A DNA stretch of 59,227 nt, the filler included. It is 6 parts of 6 records of this genome, joined end to end, with 100 filler letters (N's around TTAATTAATTAA, not from the genome) between each part and the next. Parts side by side here need not be neighbours in the genome. Positions count along the whole stretch, not along the records: positions 36,068 to 43,041 come from SRR31156797_3435; positions 43,142 to 59,227 come from SRR31156797_3440; 4 more parts are not named here. One strand, given 5' to 3'. The translations under genes and the position numbers were made by a program. Shown here in pieces: positions 40,480 through 49,553 of this stretch (positions are counted from its first letter, which is position 1; every line of letters begins with the position of its first letter). The notes beneath the pieces are model-generated. The model was not told the origin of the DNA. It saw only the letters and a program-made list of their open reading frames with translations, and searched no databases.

Positions 40480-40565
40480 CCGTCTTCTCCCGCTGTCTTA
40501 AGATCCGTGCAACATAGAGGCTTTCCGGTCAAATAGCAAGGCTTGTCCGGAAAAATGGAGCCTTG

Positions 40566-40629
40566 ACGCCACATACCTGCCAACTCGAGTTTCCACCGAC
40601 CGGTTTTTCCATGGGCCAACGCCTTGATT
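40566..40629 (-). promoter_or_regulatory. Candidate sigma-54 promoter with upstream IHF site
   Basis: Minus strand TTGGCAGGTATGTGGC (GG-N10-GC) and AATCAAGGCGTTG (WATCAA-N4-TTR) at 40617-40629. Confidence 0.4.
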
Positions 40630-40728
40630 TGCTGAACATTTTTTATGAATTGTGTTATAAGCAGTTTCTTTGCTGATTTAATGGACCTCAAGAGGCCCGT
40701 CACTTAATGATTTGAAGGAAATTGAACA

Positions 40729-42735
40729 ATGAAGTTTACTTTAAAGACAAAGATGATCCTGGCATTCATGGGCGTGGTGGCAATTTCCATTGCCATTATC
40801 TGTTCCCTCACCGCCATGAGACTCAGCAGCAACTCCCTTGAAACATTCATGGACAACTCCACCCAGCAGCTTTCCCAGATTGATGAAACCATGACCGTCT
40901 TTATCAACGAGGCAAAGATGAATGCAAAGATGGTGGCCAAGAATCCCCTGCTGGTTGAAAATGGTGACAGCATTACCGTCTATAAGCACACCACCCGGAA
41001 GACCGCCATGACCCCCCTTGCAAACGGCGGTAAGGAAGCAGAGATCTTTGATTTTCTCAGGCTGGTGCATGAGGCCCATCCCGCATATGCTTCCGCCTTT
41101 TTTGGCACCCGGGACGGCGGCTACCTGCAGTTTCCCGCGTCGGACAGAAAGGCCGGGTACGATCCAACCGGCCGGGGGTGGTACAAACTTGGTTTATCCG
41201 ACCCGAATAAGGTGGCCCTTTCAGATGCATACCAGGCCAGTAACGGCGTGATTTCAATTTGTCTGCTGAAAGCGGTCAGGGGAAGGGGGGCTGAGGTACT
41301 CGGTGTTGCCGGCATTGATATCAAGCTTGACGGGCTGGCAAAGATGGTCTCAAAGATCAAGCTTGGCAGGACCGGATATCTGATCCTTGCCGACGGCAAC
41401 AACAGGATCATGGTAAATCCAAATAATCCCGTTGAGAACTTCAAGGAGATGAAGGACAGCGGCATGGAAACCTATAAGGACATTGCCAAGGTATCGTCGG
41501 GTTATGTAAAGCAGGAGTATAACGGCGTCCGGTACGATGTGAACGTATATACCTCCCCTGAACTTGGCTGGAAACTCATTGGCGTGATCGAGCATAGTGA
41601 GATCATGGAGGGAGCCTACGCCATGATCCGGGACCTGATCTTGATCGGCGGAATGCTCTTTGTGCTTTCGGCCGTCCTGGCCTTTTTCTTTGCGGGTACC
41701 ATCATCAGGCCCATCAACAGGGTCATTGACGGTCTGAAGGATATTGCCAGGGGGGAAGGGGACCTGACCATGCGCCTGGAGGTGACCGGTAAGGATGAGA
41801 TCGGTGAACTGTCGAGCTGGTTCAACCTTTTCATGGAGAAGATCCATGAGATTCTCAAGGATGTGGCATCCAAATCCCATGTGGTCGGCAATGCTTCCGA
41901 TGAACTGTTGAGTATCTCACAGGAGATGTCGTCCGCGGCCGGTCTTACATCCGCCAAGGCCGATACCGTTGCAAAAGCCGTGGACGAGACAGGTGGAAAC
42001 ATCGCATCCACAGCCGCTGCCATGGAGCAGGCTGCCTCAAATATCTCCATGGTTGCCGCCGCCACCGAGGAGATGACCACCACCATCAATGAAATTGGCC
42101 AAAATTCCGAGAAATCAAGGCTGATCTCGGAAAAAGCGGTTGCCAGCGCCAGGGGGGCCTCGGATAAGATGGGCCGGCTTGAGGCGGCGGCCAAGGATAT
42201 CGGCACGGTCACCGAGACCATCACCGATATCTCCGAACAGACCAATCTGCTGGCTTTGAACGCCACCATCGAGGCTGCAAGGGCGGGTGCGGCCGGAAAG
42301 GGCTTTGCCGTTGTGGCAGGAGAGATCAAGGAGCTTTCACGGCTGACGGCCGAAGCCACCAATGAGATCCGTGAGCGAATAACAGGGGTTCAGGCCGTAA
42401 CCGATGAAGCCATCGCGGAAATCGGGGATGTCTCCGAAATCATCAATGATGTGAATGAGATAACCCTTACCATTGCAACCGCCATCGAGGAGCAGACAGC
42501 GGCCACCACCGAGATCGCAGGCAATGTCTCCCAGGCGTCCGACGGGATTTCCAGTGTGAATGAAAACATGGCCCAGGTGTCTGTGGTAACAGGCGGAATC
42601 ACAGCTGATGTCGCTGATGTCAGCGCCTCTTCCAATGAGATGTCCCAGAACAGTGCCCAGGTGCATGCCAGTGCCGACAACCTTTCCCTTTTGGGAAAAG
42701 AGCTTGATCAACTGGTAGGAAAGTTCAAGCTTTAA
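40729..42735 (+). CDS. Methyl-accepting chemotaxis protein with dCache sensor
   Basis: YDPTGRGWY dCache motif, HAMP (GDLT…DEIGEL), signalling hairpin ISEQTNLLALNATIEAARAG…GFAVVAGEIKEL. Confidence 0.95.
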   Translation: MKFTLKTKMILAFMGVVAISIAIICSLTAMRLSSNSLETFMDNSTQQLSQIDETMTVFINEAKMNAKMVAKNPLLVENGDSITVYKHTTRKTAMTPLANGGKEAEIFDFLRLVHEAHPAYASAFFGTRDGGYLQFPASDRKAGYDPTGRGWYKLGLSDPNKVALSDAYQASNGVISICLLKAVRGRGAEVLGVAGIDIKLDGLAKMVSKIKLGRTGYLILADGNNRIMVNPNNPVENFKEMKDSGMETYKDIAKVSSGYVKQEYNGVRYDVNVYTSPELGWKLIGVIEHSEIMEGAYAMIRDLILIGGMLFVLSAVLAFFFAGTIIRPINRVIDGLKDIARGEGDLTMRLEVTGKDEIGELSSWFNLFMEKIHEILKDVASKSHVVGNASDELLSISQEMSSAAGLTSAKADTVAKAVDETGGNIASTAAAMEQAASNISMVAAATEEMTTTINEIGQNSEKSRLISEKAVASARGASDKMGRLEAAAKDIGTVTETITDISEQTNLLALNATIEAARAGAAGKGFAVVAGEIKELSRLTAEATNEIRERITGVQAVTDEAIAEIGDVSEIINDVNEITLTIATAIEEQTAATTEIAGNVSQASDGISSVNENMAQVSVVTGGITADVADVSASSNEMSQNSAQVHASADNLSLLGKELDQLVGKFKL

Positions 42736-42740
42736 ATTTT

Positions 42741-42856
42741 GTAACTATTCAGCACGTTGAATTCCCCCTGTTTTAACCATGAAGATTATGAAGGTGGAAA
42801 TCAAAAATCCTTTATGGTGAGACCGGCTTCCCCCGGTTGACGTGCTGAATAGTTTC
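42741..42856. repeat. MITE/REP-like element with 15-bp terminal inverted repeats
   Basis: AACTATTCAGCACGT (42743-42757) and ACGTGCTGAATAGTT (42840-42854); internal imperfect ACCATGAAG / CTTTATGGT pair. Confidence 0.6.
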
Positions 42857-43041
42857 TTTACCCCGTTATCAACTAACCGCCTGCCTGCCCCATGGTTAAA
42901 AGACTGTGGAAACTTTTTAGAATAGAATGGATAATCTCCAATAAACTTTGATTTTGATGATCGTACCCTTGCTATTTCTTCGATCAGGGTGTACCGAAAA
43001 TATGTTCGTTTGGGTCCGTTAAAAAATAAACTATGCAAAAG

Positions 43042-43141
43042 NNNNNNNNNNNNNNNNNNNNNNNNNNNNNNNNNNNNNNNNNNNNTTAATTAATTAANNN
43101 NNNNNNNNNNNNNNNNNNNNNNNNNNNNNNNNNNNNNNNNN
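43042..43141. other. Artificial contig linker
   Basis: 44 N + TTAATTAATTAA + 44 N. Confidence 0.99.
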
Positions 43142-43176
43142 GGGATATCCTGATCAGGATATCCCCCCTTTTTTTT
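43142..43176. terminator. Palindromic terminator hairpin
   Basis: GGGATATCCTGATCAGGATATCCC perfect 24-bp palindrome followed by CCC and a T-run. Confidence 0.7.
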
Positions 43177-43200
43177 ACGCCTAAAAGCATTCACCAAATC

Positions 43201-44181
43201 TCATATTTCCTTCAGAAGTTCCGAAATCTTCTCCACTTCCAAAAACCATGGATTTGTATCAGAACCATATGCAAAATTTTCGGGAACCTGTTTGCCGCCA
43301 CAGCCACCGTAGCGGTTTTCACACCCTTCAAAAGCTGGATTAATTACATAGTACTCTGAAAATTCATAACTGTTGCGGGCTTCATCTTCCGGGATCATCA
43401 ATTCATGAAGCTTTTCTCCCGGCCTGATCCCCACAATATCTATTTCGCATTTTGGACAGATTGCTTTGGCTAAATCAATTATGCGAGTACTGGGAATTTT
43501 GGGAATAAAAATCTCCCCGCCGTGCATATCAGCTAAACGATCCAGAACAAAACGCACTCCCTGCTCAAGAGTAATCCAGAAACGGGTCATTCGCTCATCC
43601 GTAACAGGGAGTCTGCCCGTTGATTTTAATTTCCTGAACAGCGGTACAACGCTTCCTCTACTGCCCAGTACGTTCCCATAACGAACCACCGAAAATATAG
43701 TTTCTTCTTCCGGAGCATAAGAATTGGCGGCAACAAAAAGTTTGTCTGAACAAAGTTTGGTTGCCCCATAAAGATTAAGCGGGTTCACAGCCTTATCCGT
43801 AGACAGGGCAATAACCTTATCAACTTTCATATCGATACAGGCATCAATAAGATTCGAAGCACCATTAATATTGGTTTTAATCGCTTCAATGGGATTAAAC
43901 TCCGCAGCCGGAACCTGCTTGATTGCTGCGGCATGAAATACAATATCCACTCCGTTCAATGCCCGATACAACCGTTTCTTATCCCGGACATCACCCAGAA
44001 AAAAACGCATCCTATCGACCAGCGGTTCAAAATCTTCGGCCATCTTGCGTTGTTTCCGCTCATCCCGGCTGAAAACAACCACCGTGCCTGCTTCGTATTC
44101 ACGCAACAAAACTTCAGCACATTTTCTGCCGAATGTCCCAGTACCACCGGTAATCAGAATCCGCTTGCCTTTCAAACTCAT
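43201..44181 (-). CDS. pseB: UDP-N-acetylglucosamine 4,6-dehydratase (inverting)
   Basis: TGGTGTFG, HAAAIKQVP, LSTDKA, YGATK, RYGNVLGSRGSV, GIRPGEKLHE. Confidence 0.92.
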   Translation of the reverse strand: MSLKGKRILITGGTGTFGRKCAEVLLREYEAGTVVVFSRDERKQRKMAEDFEPLVDRMRFFLGDVRDKKRLYRALNGVDIVFHAAAIKQVPAAEFNPIEAIKTNINGASNLIDACIDMKVDKVIALSTDKAVNPLNLYGATKLCSDKLFVAANSYAPEEETIFSVVRYGNVLGSRGSVVPLFRKLKSTGRLPVTDERMTRFWITLEQGVRFVLDRLADMHGGEIFIPKIPSTRIIDLAKAICPKCEIDIVGIRPGEKLHELMIPEDEARNSYEFSEYYVINPAFEGCENRYGGCGGKQVPENFAYGSDTNPWFLEVEKISELLKEI

Positions 44182-45323
44182 TTACCACCCCTGAGTCGCG
44201 CCAAACAGGTTTTCACCCCGTCAATTACCCGTTGTTGGTCTTCTGCTGACAGCCCCGGAAAAATAGGCAGAGAAATAATTTCATTTGCAGCCTGTTCAGC
44301 AACAGGACACATCCCTTCCGAAGTCCCCAGTTCACGCCTGTATAGACTCATGAGATGCACTGGCAAATAATGGACATTCACCATAATTGCACTGGAACGC
44401 ATTGAATAAAAAAGTTCATCTCGCAATGATTCATCCACCCGGACAACATAAAGGTGGTTAGCATGGTCTTTACTCCGATTCAAAGGGGTAACACCAGAAA
44501 AATCACTGAAGGCCTCATCGTAAGTCCGGGCTATCCTTTCACGAGCCTCCAAAAAGAAATCAAGTTTTTGCAGCTGGCTGCAACCTAGAGCGCAGTGGAT
44601 GTCACTCAAGCGATAATTGCTGCCCAACTCTTCAATATCATAGCGGTAAGAATGCCTGTCTTCTCGTTCTTTGAAATCAGTAGTAATTCCGTGATTGCGG
44701 AAAGAGGATGCCTTTGCTGCGATCTCTGCATCATCAGTAACCAGCATGCCGCCCTCCCCGGTGGTAATATGTTTTACCGGGTGAAAACTATAGATCGCGA
44801 TATCGGCCAGTTGAGCCGGAGTAAATCCGTTATGTTCACAACCAAGACCATGGCAGCAGTCGGAGAGCAAAAACAGCCTATTTTGCTCAGCAATGGAACG
44901 CAAAGCAGAATAATCACAAGGCTGACCAGCATAGTCAACCGCAAAGATAGCTTTTGTTGCCGGAGAAATATGGGCTTCTACAGATAGTGGATCAATTAAC
45001 AACGAGTCAGGAAGAACATCGGCAAAAACAGGCTTGGCACCGCAAGCCAGAACACAGTTGGCTGTTGCAGCAAAAGTAAGGGGGGTAGTGATGACTTCAT
45101 CTCCCGGGCCCAACTGTAGGGCAGCAACCGCGCCGAGAAGCGCTGCGCTACCACTACTGAAAGACACCCCGCATCTTCCCCGGACCCTACGCGCAACTCT
45201 TCTTTCAAACTCAGCCACCATAGGCCCGGTAGTGAGCCACCCCGATTCCAGACAATCAGCTACCGCCTGTATATCATCTTTATCGAGAAACTGTCGCCCA
45301 TAAGGAATTGTCTTCTCAGCCAT
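44178..45323 (-). CDS. pseC: DegT/DnrJ-family sugar aminotransferase (PseC-like)
   Basis: IPYGRQ, WLTTGP, SFHPVKHITTGEGG (PLP Lys), NYRLSDI, VHYLPVH. Confidence 0.85.
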   Translation of the reverse strand: MAEKTIPYGRQFLDKDDIQAVADCLESGWLTTGPMVAEFERRVARRVRGRCGVSFSSGSAALLGAVAALQLGPGDEVITTPLTFAATANCVLACGAKPVFADVLPDSLLIDPLSVEAHISPATKAIFAVDYAGQPCDYSALRSIAEQNRLFLLSDCCHGLGCEHNGFTPAQLADIAIYSFHPVKHITTGEGGMLVTDDAEIAAKASSFRNHGITTDFKEREDRHSYRYDIEELGSNYRLSDIHCALGCSQLQKLDFFLEARERIARTYDEAFSDFSGVTPLNRSKDHANHLYVVRVDESLRDELFYSMRSSAIMVNVHYLPVHLMSLYRRELGTSEGMCPVAEQAANEIISLPIFPGLSAEDQQRVIDGVKTCLARLRGGK

Positions 45324-45347
45324 CAAGCTATCTCCAACACCATGTCT

Positions 45348-46340
45348 CTAATTCCTCTTGTCGGTAACACCCGCGAGGGCACGCAACTCATCTTTTGACA
45401 TCCATGAATCATTTTTATTTGAAACATATTCAAAATCAGGAGCAACTTTTTCGCCACAGCATTGTATTTCCCCACGTTCAAAAAAACGGTACGTCGGCTG
45501 AATCAGATAGTGGTCATCATATTCATAAGTATTGGCAGCCTCATTACCGGGGATCATCACACAATGTTTATTTTCACCAAGAGCCGGACCTTCTGCCACA
45601 ACAGTAGATTCCGGGCAAAGAGCTTCGAGCATATCTTCCATCTTCATACTTGGACTCTTAGGAATAAATATTTCTCCTCCCTGCATGGCTCCAAGGCTAT
45701 TCAAAGTAAAATCAACCGCTTGTTGCAGAGAAATCCAAAAACGCGTTATTTCAGGATCATCTATGGAGACTATTCCTTTCTGCGCTGCTTTCAATAATCT
45801 GCTGACCATATCCCCCTGATAGCCAAGCACATTACCAAAACGGGCAACTGAAAAACGCGTGCTTCGGCTTCCAGCATAACTATTACCACTGATAAACAAG
45901 CGCTCTGAACATAATTTGGTAGCCCCAAACAAATTCACTGGATTAGCAGCCTCTTCCGTGGAAACTGCAATCACTCTGGAAACCCCCCTATCGATAGCAG
46001 CTTCTACAATATTTTGTGAACCAAGGATATTGGTCTTCACGGCTTCATAGGGGTTATATTCGCAGGCAGGTACATCACGCAAAGTAGCGGTGTGGATAAC
46101 TACATCAATTTTTGCAAATGCCCGATGCAAACGATCGGTATCGCGGACATCCCCGATAAAATATCGCAAGCAGGGGTGCTCAAAAGGAGAAAATTTGCGC
46201 TGCATTTCATACTGCTTATACTCGTCTCTGCTGAATATTATCAGCCGCTCCGGCCGATATCTTTTTAAGAGTGTTTCCACAATTTTATGCCCGAACGATC
46301 CGGTCCCACCGGTTATCAGTATGGATTTGCCGTTAATCAT
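45348..46340 (-). CDS. PseB paralogue with substituted catalytic residues
   Basis: Full-length, TGGTGSFG intact, but STEEA and FGATK replace STDKA and YGATK; AAGGAG RBS before ATG 46340. Confidence 0.85.
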   Translation of the reverse strand: MINGKSILITGGTGSFGHKIVETLLKRYRPERLIIFSRDEYKQYEMQRKFSPFEHPCLRYFIGDVRDTDRLHRAFAKIDVVIHTATLRDVPACEYNPYEAVKTNILGSQNIVEAAIDRGVSRVIAVSTEEAANPVNLFGATKLCSERLFISGNSYAGSRSTRFSVARFGNVLGYQGDMVSRLLKAAQKGIVSIDDPEITRFWISLQQAVDFTLNSLGAMQGGEIFIPKSPSMKMEDMLEALCPESTVVAEGPALGENKHCVMIPGNEAANTYEYDDHYLIQPTYRFFERGEIQCCGEKVAPDFEYVSNKNDSWMSKDELRALAGVTDKRN

Positions 46341-46393
46341 GCACAATCTCCTTAAAGAAGCTGTTCTTTTCTAGCTTTTTCAGGTGGAACAAT

Positions 46394-46425
46394 AAAAAAA
46401 TCCTCACCTGAAGGCGAGGACTTTT
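46394..46425 (-). terminator. Rho-independent terminator after the methyltransferase gene
   Basis: Minus strand TCCTCGCC-TTCA-GGTGAGGA-TTTTTTT. Confidence 0.75.
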
Positions 46426-46476
46426 AACTTATTATGAAAAAAGAGGCCGTGCAGACACACCCCAAATGGGAATCCC

Positions 46477-47049
46477 TTAAAGTTTCGCCACAAATAACAT
46501 TCGAATAGGATACCCGGGCTTGTTGACCATCTCACTCTGGATAACCCGGTAAACGTGATAGTCGAGTCCAGTGCAGTATTCACGCACAGCGATATCTTCC
46601 TCGTCTCCGCCGGGATGCCCGGCATAAATAGCAATGCAGAGCATGCCGCCCTTGGCGAGAATTTCAAGGGAGGCCTTAATTGCGGCGAGAGTGGTCTCGG
46701 ATTTGGTTATGACGGTCTTGTCACTTCCGGGCAGGAAGCCGAGATTAAACATAACGGCGTTGACCCGTCCGTGAAATTCAGCCGGAATGAGCTCGAGCAT
46801 ATTTTCGTGCCCGGAATGAAAAAGAGTCCAGTTTTCGGGAAGACACTCCTCGTTCAGTCGCTGTTCGGTTTGCTTGACTGCATCTTCCTGAATATCGAAT
46901 CCAAAGATATGACCGTCTATTCCTGCTTTTTTAGATAAAAACACGGTATCGTAGCCATTACCCACAGTGGCATCGACTCCAATACACCCCGGCTCCAGAA
47001 CTTCACACAGTACTGATTTTGCGAAAGAAAGAATATTGTTGGAAATCAT
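46477..47049 (-). CDS. Class I SAM-dependent methyltransferase, YtqB/MnmM-like (probable tRNA modification)
   Basis: DATVGNGYDT, FGFDIQ, HENM, MFNLGFLPGSDK, YAGHPGG..E. Confidence 0.8.
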   Translation of the reverse strand: MISNNILSFAKSVLCEVLEPGCIGVDATVGNGYDTVFLSKKAGIDGHIFGFDIQEDAVKQTEQRLNEECLPENWTLFHSGHENMLELIPAEFHGRVNAVMFNLGFLPGSDKTVITKSETTLAAIKASLEILAKGGMLCIAIYAGHPGGDEEDIAVREYCTGLDYHVYRVIQSEMVNKPGYPIRMLFVAKL

Positions 47050-47130
47050 CTGTTTTCACCCGCACAAAAGGATTACGGTTTATTCATCATCGAGAATAAC
47101 CGAACACATGCTTAAAGGCACGCAGTAAAA

Positions 47131-47877
47131 CTAGAACTTAAGATACTTGTTGAGCTTACCGGACTTAGAAAACTGGCGTTCAGTGGACCCGAAAGTCGTG
47201 GTTCCGCTGATCGTGTAAGAGGAATTTGGAAGTCTCTTCCAATCCAGAGTAGCACTGCCCTTTGCAGTAACCGGGATAGGTTGGCCGCAACTGAAAGAGT
47301 TGAGCTGGAGTTGCTTGCCGGCCAGCACTGCGTTCACGTTAACGTCCTCGGCAATAAGTCCGCCAGGAATCTCGACCGCTTTTGAACGCACTACAAGGCT
47401 GCCTGTTCGCGGTGGAGCACCCCACTCGGTAAAACCCACATCAGAAGTGATACGTACCTTACCGCCTAACCCGTCCATCTGGACGAGCTTAGCAAGATCA
47501 ACACCGCCGCCAAGGGTCAAGGACTTGGTCTGGAACAATTTTGCGGTCAAAGTCGGCCCGGTCTTAACCCGCACTTCAAGAAGCGGAGAAAATCCGAGAG
47601 ACACGCCAAGCTGGGGCACGGTTACGGTCAATCCTTTTTGGGTCGTCACGTAAACGTTGGTCACTTCAAATGAAAATGGTCCGGCACTAACAAAGTCGCC
47701 CCACTGAATTGTGGCCTTGGAAATTTTGGAATCTGCCAGTTTGAAAGCCTGTGACCAGGCAACTTCCCAAGGCATAAACAGGAATGCGCCAAGGATCAGT
47801 CCGGCCAGAAAAAGGAAAAAATTCCTGAAGGCTTTTTTGAAAGAAAACTTAAAAGAAATATTAGGAATGAATTTCAT
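47131..47877 (-). CDS. gspN: Type II secretion protein N-like
   Basis: N-terminal TM ending FMPW, beta-rich remainder; last gene after gspM. Confidence 0.55.
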   Translation of the reverse strand: MKFIPNISFKFSFKKAFRNFFLFLAGLILGAFLFMPWEVAWSQAFKLADSKISKATIQWGDFVSAGPFSFEVTNVYVTTQKGLTVTVPQLGVSLGFSPLLEVRVKTGPTLTAKLFQTKSLTLGGGVDLAKLVQMDGLGGKVRITSDVGFTEWGAPPRTGSLVVRSKAVEIPGGLIAEDVNVNAVLAGKQLQLNSFSCGQPIPVTAKGSATLDWKRLPNSSYTISGTTTFGSTERQFSKSGKLNKYLKF

Positions 47878-47886
47878 CCGGCCGCC

Positions 47887-48384
47887 CTACCTGACAAGAA
47901 TGATCTGCACATCAGCCAACTCAGGGGAGTCCAGCCTGTGGTTGATATTGAAATTTGTAACCTTCAAGGCTCCCCGCACATTGAAATCGCGCAGCAGAGC
48001 GACCAGTTCCGGCAGATTCAAGGACTCAAGCAAAACCTGCACGCCCTGACCGGAATTAGCTCCCCCCTGCAACGGCCTTAGAGAAGTCAACCTGCTGTCC
48101 AACCCAAGGTCACGAATAACCTGTTGGGCAGCAGTCATGGGTTCACGGTCCACCAATGCACCACGCGAAGACTCTCCGGCCTTAAGCTGTTCAACCAATG
48201 GAACCACTTTGGCAAACTTTTGTTTGCTGGAAAGGGTCATCCGCTCAGCCTTGGACTGAGAGTCATCAAGTCCGGACCAGACCATAAAAAGGATCAACGC
48301 CCAGCCCGCAACAAGCGCAGTAAAGAAAAGCTTCTGTTTTTCAGCAGGCCAATCCTGCCAGATGTAAAATCTTTCCAGATCCAT
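47887..48384 (-). CDS. gspM: Type II secretion protein M
   Basis: WQDWPAEKQ then TM, coiled coil, VQVLLESLNLPELVALL ferredoxin-like domain. Confidence 0.75.
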   Translation of the reverse strand: MDLERFYIWQDWPAEKQKLFFTALVAGWALILFMVWSGLDDSQSKAERMTLSSKQKFAKVVPLVEQLKAGESSRGALVDREPMTAAQQVIRDLGLDSRLTSLRPLQGGANSGQGVQVLLESLNLPELVALLRDFNVRGALKVTNFNINHRLDSPELADVQIILVR

Positions 48385-48398
48385 TACACTACCTGAGA

Positions 48399-49511
48399 TT
48401 AGCGGTTATATTCAGCACGCAAGCTGATACTGATGCCGCCTTCAATATTGGTGGCCTGTTCAAGAACAAAATTAAACTGGCTGTTAGCGGCCAGTTTTTC
48501 CATCATGGCATCAAGCTCTTCATAGCTGCTGACCTTACCCCGGATGTTACCGGAATCAGCACCAAGTGAAAAACCTTCAATTTCAATGCCCACGGGGGCA
48601 CTGTCACTAAGCACGGCAAGCAGGCCAAGCACATCAACCCCGCCGCCATCGCCGCCGCTTTTAAGCTGATCAAGCTTGTAAAGAATCTTGCCGTAGGGAT
48701 CAGAGCCCGGATTTGGACCAAGGGCACTGACATAAACTTCCTTGAGCTTAGTGCGCCACTCCTTAGCCTTTACCTGACTCTGCTGCCAGCGATGATACTG
48801 CCCTGAAATAAAGAGTAATCCGATTAAAGAGACCAGAACAGCGGCAACAGCAAAAGGCTTGTAGTCGATGGTCACAGATTTGTCAGATCCGGAACGCATA
48901 CCATTCACAAGATTCAGCCTTGCCCAGCGGACTTTCTTTCTGGAAAAAATTTCGCAGGCTTTATCCAAATCCATGAGCTCGGGTTCGCCATCCAATCCCA
49001 AACGTTCAAATCTGCTTTTGAACTCCTCGTCACTACCACGAAAATAGGTCAATTCCTCTACACAGGCGAGAATACGCATGCCCTGCCCCTTCCAACTCCA
49101 GACAGACAAACCTTCAGCAACCGCAGCCCTCCAGCAAACGGCAAAGGTTGTAGTCAGAACAGTGGCTTTGGCAAGAACTTCACGATGCCGTTCCAAAAAA
49201 CGGTCAAGAAGATCATGCCCGGTATAACCGAGCACAGCTTCTCCGGACGGACGCAGAACTTTGAATTCTCCTTCCTGCACTGGAAAGGAATAATTCATCT
49301 GCATCATCGTCGCAGATTTGGCATGACGGGACTTTATAGCCCCACGGGGCTTGAAAAAAAAGAAAAGAGGGTCAGGCAAAAGGGCAACCACCGGATGTCT
49401 GTTCTTTTCAGCAGGGCCTTCCGATTCGGTAAGGTTCTTGCCGTCAAACATCATCCACTTATGCTCATTTCCCTTGAATGAAAGAATATATACTATTTTT
49501 TTAAAGGCCAT
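48399..49511 (-). CDS. gspL: Type II secretion protein L
   Basis: Cytoplasmic domain, LNL motif, single TM, PilN-like periplasmic domain; lies between gspK and gspM. Confidence 0.7.
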   Translation of the reverse strand: MAFKKIVYILSFKGNEHKWMMFDGKNLTESEGPAEKNRHPVVALLPDPLFFFFKPRGAIKSRHAKSATMMQMNYSFPVQEGEFKVLRPSGEAVLGYTGHDLLDRFLERHREVLAKATVLTTTFAVCWRAAVAEGLSVWSWKGQGMRILACVEELTYFRGSDEEFKSRFERLGLDGEPELMDLDKACEIFSRKKVRWARLNLVNGMRSGSDKSVTIDYKPFAVAAVLVSLIGLLFISGQYHRWQQSQVKAKEWRTKLKEVYVSALGPNPGSDPYGKILYKLDQLKSGGDGGGVDVLGLLAVLSDSAPVGIEIEGFSLGADSGNIRGKVSSYEELDAMMEKLAANSQFNFVLEQATNIEGGISISLRAEYNR

Positions 49512-49553
49512 CTATGGCTTTGTCCTATACCTGTTAGCAGTGTGTTTGTCCAT

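Noticed and set aside
36469-42711. Many long overlapping or antisense ORFs (e.g. 38221-39120, 39514-40215, 41616-42362)
   Set aside because: They are shadows of well-supported genes in GC-rich DNA, with no recognisable motifs.
42745-43038. 97-aa minus-strand ORF
   Set aside because: It runs through the inverted-repeat element, starts at the contig edge and has no recognisable motif.
14479-43141. Five identical TTAATTAATTAA motifs as a repeat array
   Set aside because: They are synthetic all-frame stop linkers inside N runs. ORFs ending in X-runs are truncated genes, not real termini.
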